A DNA stretch of 64,000 bases from Tubiluchus corallicola (GCA_030141605.1 JAQGDQ010000608.1:62001-126000), one strand, 5' to 3'. Positions 1-26,080 are shown, counted from the first letter of the stretch. The notes: generated from the letters alone by a model not told the origin. Numbers and translations: made by a program.

Positions 1-344
1 AAGTAAACAAAATATAAGCAGAAAAAGTAGAAAATAGTTTAAAAATGGATACAAAGTAAACAAAATAGAAGCAGAAAAAGTAGAAAATAGTTCAAAAATA
101 AATATTTTTTTCTCCCATATTACTGAACAAAAAGGGTATTAGTGTAAATGCAGATTTACGAGGCCAAATATTTACAACTCGAAAGATACCCGTTAGCAAA
201 CATCAGCACTCTAAGAAAATGATCGTCAAAAGTTTTCAGCAACAAACTTACTGTTAGCAAAGCAAAGTAGGACGTTTACAAGTTAAAATTCCCCCCGCTC
301 ATGTCAACAAATGCTAGCGCATACCTGTGTAAATGATTGTTTAC

Positions 345-12973
<12,629 letters not shown>

Positions 12974-13144
12974 GTCGACAAAATCTGGAACAGAATTTAA
13001 ATCAAATTATTAGCAGTTGATTTATTTGTAAAAACAGACATCAGTCGATCAGAAAAGTGAGTTTTAAGTTTTAATTTCAAAAACACGGGTGGGTCAAATA
13101 AAGTAATGACTCCAAAAAATTCTTCCAATGCCATGCGATTAAAT

Positions 13145-13625
13145 CAGGGGTGTGCAAATTGCGGCCCGCCGAGAGAATTTGTGCGGCCCGCGAAAAGATT
13201 TGTCAACCTAATGAAAGTGCGGCCCGGGCGATTAATTGAGTGTATCCAGCTGAAGTCCGTGCCACGATCCCAAAGATAGTGCGGGTAGTTTTTTCTACTA
13301 GATCGGATGCCATTAACCCTTACAAGACGGCTGTAGATTAATGTCACTGTACTACACAGACTGTGTGATACACATTACTAATATGCATTGTAATGAAATT
13401 ACCACTATCTGTCCTGAAAGTAGAAATATATGGTTTGTAATATAAGTTTTAATAACTTCTAAAATAGTTTCTTGAGTGTAGTAGTAATGATGTACGCAGG
13501 TCGGATGCAAAAAATCGTTATTAGGTCTTTCTGTACTTGGCTTCTTGATCAAACTGCCTGTGGCCCGCAGGAATTGTGGGAAAGTTTAATGTGGCCCGGC
13601 TAGTCAGATAATTTTCAAACCCCTG
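13145..13625 (+). mobile_element. hAT MITE family A
   Basis: Homologue of 1289-1787; TSD GATTAAAT/GATTAAAA. Confidence 0.88.
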
Positions 13626-14077
13626 GATTAAAACAATAAAAAAGAGATTAGACTTCTATCTAACAAATGAACTAAAGAGTTAAAAAAACTGTCGAAAAAG
13701 TGCCAATCTTGACAAAATTAGCTACAGCACTGATTGTCAAAAATAAACACAGTAAACAAAGCTCACCTGCTTGTTTAACAATTTCCTTATTTAGCCACAT
13801 TTCATTTTAATGATGTTGGGCTCTTAAAACGTTTTTCTCACACTAAGCAAAGTAACTTTAATGTTTCTTCTAATTCACTTTTTAATACAGCTTCTTTAAG
13901 AATTTTGCATCTTTTATTTCCACGACACCGAGTACCTTCACTTTGTATCTGTAGTTTTTATTATTAACGTATCTCTTCGGACAGCTGAGGACGTCTGTGA
14001 GAGACGAATGCTTTTAAAGAAAAAATGAAGAACTTTTGAGACCTAAAATGCATTTTGATTTCTTTTGCCATCTATGA

Positions 14078-14488
14078 CAGGGGTGTGCAAATTATCTGAC
14101 TAACCGGGCCACATTAAGCTTTCCCACAATTCCTGCGGGCCACAGGCAGTTTGGTCAACGAGCCAAATACAGTAGGACCTAATAACGATTTTTTGCATCC
14201 GATTTGCGCACATCATTACTACTGCACTACTATACTGAAGAAACTATTTTAGAAGTTATTAAAATTTATATTAAAAACCATATATTTCGTCACGTCCGAC
14301 AGTGACATTAAGTGACAACAGTCTTGTAAGGGTTAATGCCATCCGATCTAGAGGAAAAAACTACCCGCACTATCTTTGCGATATTGGCGCAGACTTCAGC
14401 TGGATCGCGTGGGCCGCACTTTCATTACGTTGACAAACCTCTTCGCACAAGATCTCTCTTGCGGCGGACCGCAATTTGCACACCCCTG
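14078..14488 (-). mobile_element. hAT MITE family A
   Basis: Inverted diverged copy; perfect TSD ATCTATGA. Confidence 0.88.
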
Positions 14489-14944
14489 ATCTATGACCAT
14501 GGCTAATCTCAGAAGAGCGCTACCTTATTTGAGTTAAAGCAATACTTACTAACTGACTACTATCTGATCAAGCACGAACTCAGAATACAAATGGAGATTA
14601 CAATCAGAAACACGCATACTATCAAGAAAGCAGAACAAACATCAGAACATAAAATCTTGTATCTAATGAAAAGACGTCAGACAAAAATCAATTTAGAGCG
14701 CTTAGTCGTAAACTTCGTAACTTTTATGTGAAACCTAAAACGAACACATAAAACAAGAACAAAGCAAACAACTTCATATCTTTACATAAACAAAATCACT
14801 CCCGGAAGATCAATTCAAAGCAAACACAAACAAATATATATAAACGGGTAATAAAGATAACTCAGCACTCGAGCCAAAAATGAAGAATAAGCATCGTTAA
14901 CCAGGAACTTACTGTATTATTGAAATTTGTAATGATCTATTTTC

Positions 14945-15563
14945 TAGGCCTGTAATATCGACACACAGTGATATATTTTATTATGTTACACGTATTGTTC
15001 AAAGTGAACATATATCGGTATAATCTGAGTCAAAGATATTTAGCACATGCTTAATTGACTACTAACAAAAATAGTTTGAAATAATTCAAGCTACAGTAGT
15101 GTGTGCTGTTGATATACAACAATCAGTGCACTGAGCACAGCAGGCGCAAACTTGACCACAGCAGCGGTCATTGCTATTAGAAGATAAAGTGACTTAAAAT
15201 GCAACATGTTTATAATAATCTGTAGACAAATTACACAGTTTGCATACAAACTTCTGAAATGGCAAACATGAACCACAAAAAAAATGCATAAGCGCCTTAC
15301 AAATTTGAAGCATTGAAATGTTTTGCTGTTACGGTGGCTTGCAATGCAAACAATATACAAGGAGCAAACGAAATTAAATCAGTTTGTCATTTTATTTTAG
15401 CATTTGGCAGTCCCAAAATTGTTGACTGATATATATATATATATGATAGCTTCATCTAGTTTTTTTTACAAAGCCTGCAATCTCCAACTAAGGTGTATCG
15501 TGTTGTGACGTTAATATTGTGATATGTATCGCATCGTGATTTAGGCGTATCATTACAGGCCTA
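14945..15563. mobile_element. Possible old hAT-type MITE
   Basis: 12-bp TIR TAGGCCTGTAAT and subterminal TATCG motifs; no TSD seen. Confidence 0.4.
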
Positions 15564-18500
15564 GTCAAGAAAGACCAAGACGGCTGATTTGTACTCCCCC
15601 TTTTTCACAGGATTTACATAAGACTACTTACACCTAGTCCACATGTTCTTTCAAAAGAACGACATTCAAAACACTAAACTCTGTCTACATGATCACTGAC
15701 AGTTACTACTTTGCACATAACAATCTGTCGAAGAAGTGTTCTCTAACTTTTAATCATTTCTGGAATGGCGCCAAAACGGCTTATATGAAAACGAACTTTG
15801 TTTTATGCCGTCATACAAAGGGAAAGCGAAATCAAAGAAAAAAGAACTTCGGCAAAGAAATGAACCAAGAAGTTATTATCAAATTTTTCGGTAATTAAAA
15901 GCAAAACTGCATATGAATTTTTAAATTATATTCGGATAACATCAATTGTGTTCATTTGCTGGCCAAATTTTTAACTCTAAATAGTGCAAAAAGAGTTCAT
16001 TGTCAATCCACCATAGTTGCCACAGTACAAGCGCAAGTTCATGTACTTTTCTCTCTACAAGTCTCTAAAACTTACGTACAATCACTCATACAAATTTCTG
16101 CAATTACAGAATATAGTTTATGAGCTCAGTTTCTCTTAATACTAGTCATTTTTAGTGAAACCGCATCGCTTACACACCTGCTACAAATGGACTCTTCTAG
16201 CCAATGCACTAATGCATATTATTATTGGCTGTTCATCCAGACAATGATGACCAACACTGACGAAAATCAAGACAAGGTCGATATCGCCAAATTTAAATAA
16301 CATTCTTGGTGTCCACACGGTCCTGCAACACTGTGTCCACACAGTCCTGCAACACTGCCAAACTCGAGAATGACAGCTTTTTGAATAACCGGGAAAACGG
16401 CCTATCACTCTTACTCTCAGGCCTGCTCTTACAGGCATAAGTTGATGCCAGAAATTTTTAATTTTCTTACTTGTTTTACTCTAATGATGCGTTGACTAAG
16501 GTCTTAGACCTGTGCAACGTTCTCGACCTCTCTATCAGTGATAAAATAAAGATATTCTGTGCGCACCTGGCGGAAGGATATACGCCTATTTTGATACCAA
16601 AATCTTGCCCAATACTGATCCAATCTGATCTTGAAAGGTTAAGTAATAGCGCAGCGAAAACATGATCTGACAATGAATTTCACAGATTAACAATCCTCAA
16701 AGAGAAATAATGTTGGCAAACAGATGTCCTACGGACCTACGGTGTGGTTTTTTTCAATTTCTTGCTATGCCCTCTAGTCCTACTCATGCAATCAAACTCT
16801 TTAATAGTACTTTTGCCTATTATAACTCACACAATTATGTGCCGTCACTGTTTCTGCCACACTGTTTTTTTTCGTAACTTTCGTGTTGTGCTGATATGGT
16901 TATTGCTGTTTTCTGAGTAAATTAACGATCAACCTAAACTCCTACGAACTAACACTACGGCTCTGGCGATGATAAAAGCAAAACTACACTTACAAATAGT
17001 AGATCACTTCCACAATTTTATGCCTCCAGAGGATAGTAAATCTCCCAAACAGTTTAATTTATGCTTGAAACATAGCAAAACGATCCAAAGAAAGCAAAGA
17101 AACCTTCCTTCCTCAATCCACACACGATGAGTAAATTTAGGACTTTCGTGAATACATATTCCGAAACAAAACAAAATACGGATGCATGATTTTTGCGCAG
17201 TTTGCACGCTCTATACACAAACTCTTGCATGAGATAGTTCGGTTAAGACGTTGTGTGCACTGTGTAGGTGAGAGCCGATTAATTGCGTCAGTCTAAGAAA
17301 ACATTTATTTTTGTTAAAATTTTATTTTTCAATGGCAAATAATAGCTGTTAATTAAGACTTCAATGATGCGAACTAAAGGATAGAAAGTTGTTTATTAGC
17401 CGCTGCTGCATACCAAATTTTCTAGATATTGATTTGACAAATGAGGTAGCCAGAAGCAATGAGGAAATACATTAACACTGAGCCTGACGCAATATTGGGT
17501 GACTCATCTGAACCTACTGATGGGAAGTGTTCTGTAGATCCATATAAAATCAATGCTGACCAAAACGTATGAAAAGCAAGTGACTTTTCATAATTTGTCA
17601 TGCACTTCTTTTTGTACGAGAGAGATGTACCAAGAGTGCCTATTTACTTATCTCTTTGCGATATGACCTTTTATCAAAAAATTTGCTTATACTTAGTCAC
17701 TTGTGCAGCTCAATGGCTCCTTAATACAAAGTCCTCAATACATATAATTACCTTAAAGTATATCAGCTTGTATGGTACCTGCTATGACCAAGAAAACTGC
17801 TGCACCAAAAGATTAGGTTAGGTCCAAAATTCCATGTTTATAATAAATGCCGAAAAATGTGCTCATTTTTGTAGTTTGACTGCCATATTAGTCGGCCATC
17901 TTGGATTTTACAATTTTGTAATCCCTTCACCATAATTTAATCATGCAATTAGGCACCAAAAACACTTACCAATAAGTAATAATGAATAATTTAATAAGTT
18001 AACAGCCATATCTTTCACGTCCACTTGAAAATTAAGCCTTTCGGGTGATCAAACATCGGAAAATTTGAATGTCCATTGACTGGAATATATTATGTCGAAC
18101 TGGTAATTGCACGTTGTAATTAACTAATTAATAGTGGTTAGTTGTAAATTATCGTGTTCTGTATTGTCAACGTAGTTTTCATTTTTGCAGGTGATTTTTT
18201 TAATTTTGTTTGCTCAATTTTCGTAAGTTGTAACAAGTCAACAATTACTATTTTTACTATTTTCCCATTTTGTAACTGGTTTATTTAATTTTGTTCATTT
18301 ATTGGTTATTTAGTGGTGTTCTTAATGCAATATACTTTATTATACACTAACAGCGGGAAGCTACATTCAGAAAAGCAGATGGTCTGTACATAAATCTTAT
18401 CTGTGGGCAAGTTCCAGTGCTCCAGCTAAAAATAATTACACTAAAAAATGTTCAGCTTATAAAAACGTTTAAAATTCTTTTTATTGGTCAAAGTTTTCAA

Positions 18501-20285
18501 ATGGCCTTATTTGTACAAAACCATAATTATCGTATATAGCAGCTACTGCTGGTTAATAACGTGTGTTGTAATTACTCCAGTAGTATCATGTTATTCAGTG
18601 TTGTCTGTAGGATATCCAGCCACATTTTCAACCATACAGTTTTTTGCGATTTTTAGACCACATTTTTTCAGATATTTATTGAAAAACAAGAGCACTAAAC
18701 TAACCATTTTCTACAAATACAACCAATATCACGTCGTAACATTGATATTTACTACACTACAAAAAGAAGTTATATTGGCGAATACAAACTCCCAACAATC
18801 CAACAATAACAAACTAGATGATCCAATAATAACAATAATAATAACAGTAAATTGATACTTAGCAACAAATGATTATTACAAGTGAGACCAATACCAACCA
18901 CTTTAACAATAAATTAAGATACGATAATATTCTAAGAAAGAAATGACTTTGGCAAATACAGCATCTTAAACCAGCCACTTATTAGATTTAAACATATAAT
19001 AACAATATAATGATAGTTACCCTTACATTAATAATAAATGATTACAAATGAAACCAACAGCAACCGTTTCTAACAATAAATTAAAATATGACAATATTCC
19101 AAGAATTCTAATAAAAAGTCTGCAAGATTACAACCTGGCGTGCCTAAATATAATCCAGCAAAATTGAAGTGCTGCTAAACCCACTGATGCCAATAACTTG
19201 TTTGCAAAAATTCTGGCTCTTGACTGCAAACCTTTCAATTCTAAACTGTACAGCTTAGCATGACAAAGGATTATCTGTATCCTTTGTTCTTTCTTTGTGA
19301 CAGCTTAGTGAAAACAGATCTTCGTAGTCTATCCCCTTCTTGCGAAATAAGTTTTTTTATCTGTCATGTTATCTGTTATCTTTCGACTGTCTCTGACCCG
19401 GTCTATTTCGCGATAAGTGAACTCGCTATTTGGCAGGACACAATTTGCCAAAGATGCTAATAATTCCAGTGCGTCAAAGAAAGACTCCCTCGTAGGGCAG
19501 AATGCTGGATCTTCACCAACATATGGGCAACTCGTCGGACTGCCAAAACTCACATCACCAATTGTTTGAATTGTATGTTTGTCCCAAGCTACAATATCGC
19601 CATTGTTGTCGTAGCATGTGCTGGCCAAATCTTCTAAACAATAAGAAAGTATTATTGGTATAGGCAGGGCCTGTTTCAGCCTAAGCAAGGCCCGGGGAAG
19701 TGCGGTGAGTGAAGCCTCCTCGGGGGGGGGTCTTCTTTTGAAGACTGCTAGAAGCCCAAAAAAAATTTTGAACTGCTAGAACGCCGGAGAAGCATTTTCG
19801 AAGAGAAAATATGGAGTTATACAATATGTTCGCATAAAGCCAAAAAAATAATGTTACCTCGGCACGAGGCCCCCTGGAGGGTAAGACCCCGGGGAAGTAT
19901 CCCCATCCCCCCTCTTGAAATAGGCCCTGTGTGTGTCAGCGACTGAAAAATTTTCAATTTGTTCATAGCGCTTTTTTCCATTTTAGATGTTAGAGAAATT
20001 GTATAACATAGACATATCTATGTTAGTTTATTCTGCAAAAATACAAATTTTCTGTAGTCTACAATTACTACATCTGCAAATCTACTGAAATAAGTGCAAA
20101 AAAATAAGTGCTACAGATTACTACGTTACGCTAAAATGCATACATACATTGTTGGTTCAATATTGAGTCGAGAAAAAGCCAGAATGTCAGTAAAAGGTAG
20201 CAGTATAATTATAAGTCAAATTTTAAATGTAACAGAGACGTGTGTACATAACAAGTTCCACCTATATAATGTCAGAGTAGAAAAA

Positions 20286-20490
20286 GTAGTCTAGCTTGTT
20301 GAGCTACAGTGTAATATATTGTGGCTTCTAATGCATATACTACCTTGAGAAGGGGTAGTCTAGCTTGTTGAACTACAGTCTAATATATTGTGGCTTCTGA
20401 TGCATATACTACCTTGGGAAGGGGTAGTCCAGCTTGTTGAACTACAGTCTAATATATTGTGGCTTCTAATGCATATACTACCTTGTGAAG
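20286..20490. repeat. Minisatellite of about 69 bp, 3 copies
   Basis: gtagtctagcttgttgaactacagtctaatatattgtggcttctaatgcatatactaccttg repeated. Confidence 0.85.
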
Positions 20491-20945
20491 AGGTAATGGA
20501 CCAAAACATTTGCACCTGCAACAATGAACAATTACATGAAGCAGATTCCAAAATAATGATGAAATACATTTCATACCGTGTATTACAGTAACTGGACCAA
20601 CAAAAGAGCAGAGACGACCGCTTTTATACAGGCCAGATGCATAACTTGGCTTCAACAGAAACTTACATTTTGCCTGAAAGGTGTTCAGTACACTATTTTC
20701 TGTATGACCATATATATATATGTGACAACATATGCATATTTTACTAGTAATTATAAATACGTTTTTTGTCCCTATAATGTACGTTCTTTTATATGGTACT
20801 TTTTGTGCAGAAATAAAGATATAAATAAAAAACAATAAATAAAGTTTTACGACATCATGAATTTTATTTGTAGCACTGAATAGACGACAAATTTTATTAA
20901 TCAGTTAGATCTTAGCTTACTTGTACTTGATCTTCCAGATCTGAA

Positions 20946-21039
<94 letters not shown>
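20946..21039. repeat. (GAT)n microsatellite
   Basis: direct reading. Confidence 0.95.
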
Positions 21040-21040
<1 letters not shown>

Positions 21041-22035
21041 GTCTTTATTATTCTCTGTTTGCAGGGAAAAATTTCTGTACAGATTTAAACAGTTTCACAT
21101 ACACACTAGATAGAGTGAATTATACAACATTACATGTTAAGCATTCTGTAATTAGCTTTTTTCATGATGCGTATAACATTATTTAGACTTCAGAGAATCC
21201 AATTATATGCATATTATATTAACATTAAACTAATAATCCACTGGAAATGAAGCAACACTTATTTTGAATTGGCGTTGGCGTGGTATTCTGGGCAATTCTG
21301 ACCATTTTACAGTTGTAACACTTTTCAGTGTGAAGTGGGACTTAATAAAGGATTTTCAATGGAGAATTGGCAAAGGACACCTTGCAGTTAGATAGGTAAA
21401 TTCAACAATTTCGACTGTCAAGCAAAAACAGCCTTTCATCTGAAAGTTTGTAATTAGATAAACTAAAGTTTTTTCGAAGGTCTGAAACATGTCAATGTAT
21501 ATGCGTATATGCATTATTTATGATATTAAACACGGAGTAATAAAGTAAGTGCTAAAATCAATGTTGTTAATGAAGCAAGTTTCCTATCTAGTAACATAAA
21601 AATGCAATTAAATTAAATAAACGAAAAATCACTTTTTTACAAAGTGTCGAAGTATCAATGTTACCCCGCTTTACCTTACCACTTAATAAAATCCATTTAC
21701 GGCATCATTATTTTTTTTTCATCAATAAACATACTTATGACATTTATCAGACTAATTTCAAATACTATAACAAACTAGAAAAATTACCAAAATTGTATTT
21801 CTTATGACTATCTTCAATTCTTTATCTGTATTTCGCTATCTACCTGTTGTAAGTTGACAGATCGCGAGTAAAAAGAATTTTAGAAGTCTTCATGCATCCA
21901 GGGACATTATTTTGTTCACCTCTGTTCTACTGGTTGTTGAATAGCTACTTTTTCACTGGACTACAATCAGGTAGTCTGTACACAAATGGCGCGTTTTATT
22001 TTCCTTGCTCATTTTAGAAGAATAATTTTATACTC

Positions 22036-22160
22036 GTTACCATGGGAATTAGTCTGCATCATCATCTCCTAAAAGTGCGTCATGACACATTACGTCATTG
22101 ATATGAAGATAACAATCGTTGCCATGGCAACGACTGTTCTTCTTTCTTGCAGTGACGTGA
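22036..22160 (+). promoter_or_regulatory. RFX X-box / CRE-like promoter cluster
   Basis: Perfect palindrome TCGTTGCCATGGCAACGA 22116-22133, second X-box GTTACCATGGGAAT 22036-22049, TTACGTCA 22090-22097, TGACGTGA 22153-22160. Confidence 0.6.
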
Positions 22161-22280
22161 TAGATGTCAGCCTTTGTTCGGCCTCATTTCTTTCTTAGCT
22201 GACGATGCGGAAAGAGCGATATACAGTGTATTATTATTATTATTATTTGCGAGTCATTTTGTGCGTTTTATTGGGCTACC

Positions 22281-22532
22281 ATGGGGTGTTTTAGTTTCTT
22301 GTGTAACCGCGAGCGCCGTGAGGACCGTGAGGACCAACCGGTGCCTAGACGCTGGAGGATCCGGACTATATGGTCTAGGACCCGGGGGCGCGTTGCTCCT
22401 ATACTCTCAGTCCAATCCTCGTCTGGGACATCCACGCGTTGTAGTGGTGAGGGAGAGTCTTCCGGGACAACCGTGGGGGCGGTTCGTCTTGGAAGCTCGA
22501 GTAGCATGGGTCTCCCTCTGGTTGAGTGCTGA
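22281..22532 (+). CDS. Putative 83-aa orphan protein with MGC acylation motif and RVxP
   Basis: ACCATGG start context, GC-rich against AT-rich flanks, 150 bp downstream of an X-box; no recognised homology. Confidence 0.4.
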   Translation: MGCFSFLCNRERREDREDQPVPRRWRIRTIWSRTRGRVAPILSVQSSSGTSTRCSGEGESSGTTVGAVRLGSSSSMGLPLVEC

Positions 22533-22867
22533 ATGTCATTCTTAAGTACTAACCTTACCGTACCATGCTCTCACATCTGGGCTCTGGTCAGGACAGCCAC
22601 TATTGGACTGTCAGAGCCCAGTTGGTAGGCGGGGTTGAGCGGAAATCTGGGCTCTGGTCAGGACAGCCACTAAGCGCAGAGGGGCGGGCGCTACTGTGGT
22701 TGGCGGCCAGAAAGTTTTTGAACTGCTAGAACGCCGGAGAAGCATTTTCGAAGAGAAAATATGGAGTTATACAGTTGTTAAAGGAAAGAACAATTGAAAG
22801 AAAAACTGCTTTATTCTCAAGACCAGTCCTCAATACTTGTCAATGCTGGCAAACTGCGCGCCTGCGG

Positions 22868-22932
<65 letters not shown>

Positions 22933-25900
22933 AGGCAGTATGTTCGCATAAAGCAAAAAAATTGTTACCTTGGTGCGAGGCCCCCCTGGAGGGTGAGGCC
23001 CCGGGGAAGTATCCGCACTTCCCCCCCTGAAATAGGTCCTGGGTATAGGCATACATAGAACAGAACCAGACATATAAATCCATGTCAAAGGATTAGCTTT
23101 GAAGAGGGTTATGTCCAACTCTAAACTAGTTTGACGAAAGAACGACTAGAAGTGGAATATATTTGAGGTCAAATAGTAAGGGTCACGATCACTGATCGAG
23201 CTGTTGAATTTTACTTTATAGCACATATTAACAAATCATTATTGGACTTTTTTAATTTAGAATTTGTCTCTAGTGCAAATTATAGTATTTACTATCAAAC
23301 CTGGCAAGATGTGTATCGGGATCAGCATCAACCTATTTTGGTTTTGTGAATGAAGGAAAATCAAGTAAAGAAGATAGATAGATTTCGTACCCATTACTTA
23401 AGTTTAATTTATTTAGTGTGAAGATTATCTATCCAGCAAAATGTGGATAGTCAAACATAAAACTGATTTGAGACTGTTAAGTTTACAGCCCACCCACTGT
23501 TTACGTGCGTGCTAATTTTCCCACTGGACACAGCTAAATGCAATATTACTGCATTATAGACCATTTTGCGGTTGCTAGAAGCTATTGCTTCAAGCAAGTT
23601 CATCTCAAATTCGTGACTCATCATTTCACTACTACCGTGAAAGGGGATCAGGCCCCTTGGGGCCAACCACTAAATGCAGAAGTGCTGTTACAGTTAGCTA
23701 AAAACTGTCTACACAACGGAAATTGAAAAGAGAATCGACACTATGTAAGTGATATACGTAAACATAACTTCACTATGCAAATCAGCTGGCTGCTCCGTGG
23801 ATTGCGCAAACAAACAAGAGGTTGATGTGTGTCTTGGTTTACTGCTGAAAAACTTTATTTAGCCCTAAAAAGTTCTTACGAAATTCTGTTGGTGCACGTG
23901 CGTCAATGCGTCCACCTGCCGGCGACCATTAGTCATGAAATACAATTAGCCCACGTAACGTAAATTAATAATGGAAATTACATGTTTACGACACCCTATA
24001 TGGTACACAGTTAATTAATACTCCACAATTCTTCGCCTGAGATCATGTAAGGCCGATGGGCATTCAAGCAAATTATCTATGGCGTCTTTTTCTCTAAATT
24101 CACGTGCCCAACGTAAGTGTAATACAGAACAAATCAAAATAGTTAACTACCGGATTTCAGTATTCTTGAGCTGTGAGTCCAGGTCTTCAGCCTGATAACA
24201 ATTAGATTCACACCAAGATAATGTAAACTTTACCAATACTAACTAAAGCTTTTTTGATCTCAGTTCTCTAATACAATCTGTTGTGTAAAATCTAGATCGA
24301 TAGCAGCAGATATTGTTATCAAATATGGGTACTGTATCCACGTTGTTACAGGACTATTACCCGTCGAGATACAGCATAATTATAAATCTGTTCGACAAAT
24401 ATTCATGTACACCTATTTTTACCTTTACATACCAGAACAGCAATTTCAAATGCAATAATAGTTACAATATCTAAGCTTAAAACAATACAAAAGGAAATAC
24501 ATCGTGTTATAATCAAAACAGTAATATTAGGATTTACTAAAGCAATTTATAATCCACATTTAAACATATCATTAAATGTAAACAACCTAGTTACTGTTAC
24601 ATTGCCACTATTACAAAATAATACTGATATACCAGACCTCAACAGAAAGAAAAACATGATATACCAAAATACTATCACAACTAAGCAAATTTTAACACTA
24701 TCATACCTCTCGAGAAGAACACACCTCTGTGTCTCAAAAACCGATCTCTCTTCTCCCGAACAGTAGAGGTTGAGCGATTATATCCAAAATTCGCCCTAGA
24801 GTCACCGTGGTCGTGGTCGCTTGACTTAATGTTTTATAATAGGCCTAACACCGCCTTAGACAAGGGTCATAGGGGTTTGGAGTTCTGCAACTTGTTTCGG
24901 GTGTGTCCGCCCTATTATTTATCGTTTATCGACAGTGGTTTATTGTTCCTAAGGGCGTACCTTCCTTCAGGGCCAACTAAGACGAGCATATGCTTAGCTC
25001 TGTGAAATATAATGGTTTACCATTAATCAATGACAAACCACCGACCAGTTCCCAAGGCTTTCATGTATACTATTACTTAACTTCCTTATACAAACACCTG
25101 GCAGTTAATCAAGGATATTAAGATTAAGACATATTTTTATTGAGAAGGTGCATATTAGAAAATTGGCTGACTGTTACAAAATAAACTGTTCACTCTACTT
25201 TGAATGAACAGAAACTGTTATACAAAATTTTGATCTAGTTGTGCGGTTTTTGAGAAACCCGACACGACACAGCACACAATTTCAACTTTGTGCAAAACGT
25301 TTCGCCATGCTTCTGTGTTGCTGATGTTGGTATTGTAGGTGTCGTCAACACCACTGTCATCATCGTCATGATCACCTTGTGATGTGATGGGTTTGGTGTA
25401 GTGTGGTGTGATGTAGTGGATGTGGTGTGGTTTAGTGGGTGTGGTGTGGTGAGAGTGCAGTGGATGGTGTGATGGGTGTAGCGTGGTGTGGGGTGGGTGG
25501 TGTGGGTTGTCATTGGTTTGTGTGCAAAATTCATTTGGCTTATATAAATAAATCCTGAAAACCACCAAAATTATAGATTAAAGTAGTGCTTGGGATTTGC
25601 TGTGTTTTTATCTTACCATCAACTGGATTAGTGTTACCTATGCAGAAATCAATTTTAACTGTTCTGCACTAAGTAGTTTTATAAAATTATTTTAATAATA
25701 ATTGTTCTGTTAGTAATCGATTAAATATCATTTGCTTTTGTTGGTTTTGCGATCTGTAAAAGGGATCTATTATTCTATCCCAGTCTGAGATGATTGCATG
25801 GGGCACGTAACAACACTCATTCAGCCACTTGACTGATGGATTGATTGACTGATTGATTGATGAATTCCCATTGTCATAAAAATATATATGCAATGTTTAC

Positions 25901-25997
25901 TTCGACAGACAACATGACAGCGCATCAGTGAGCCAGTATATGATAATGAGACTGTTCATTCATGATTAGATTGCTACTACAAAGGTACAACATTTCT

Positions 25998-25998
<1 letters not shown>

Positions 25999-26080
<82 letters not shown>

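Larger units (their letters stand above)
19665..23041. mobile_element. hAT-ended composite (Pack-like) insertion, 3377 bp
   Basis: TIRs CAGGGCCTGTTTCAG / CTGAAATAGGTCCTG; perfect 8-bp TSD GGTATAGG (19657-19664, 23042-23049). An internal right end lies at 19929, and MITE body sequence is shared by 19765-19929 and 22715-23041. Confidence 0.8.
19329..23145 (-). pseudogene. 143-codon reading frame split by the hAT-ended insertion
   Basis: Removing 19665-23041 and one TSD joins SFFRQTSLELDITLFKANPLTWIYMSGSVLCMPIP to IILSYCLEDLASTCYDNNGDIVAWDK.. in frame; preceded by an acceptor-like ccacttctag; product unknown. Confidence 0.4.

Noticed and set aside
13983-14012. Hammerhead-like CTGAGGA-CGTCT..AGAC-GAAT
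   Set aside because: GAAA core is broken and stems I/III are not identifiable; at most a dead remnant.
22174-22545. Overlapping 123-aa ORF
   Set aside because: Starts at TTG and crosses a (TTA)n run; the ATG ORF at 22281 has far better start context.
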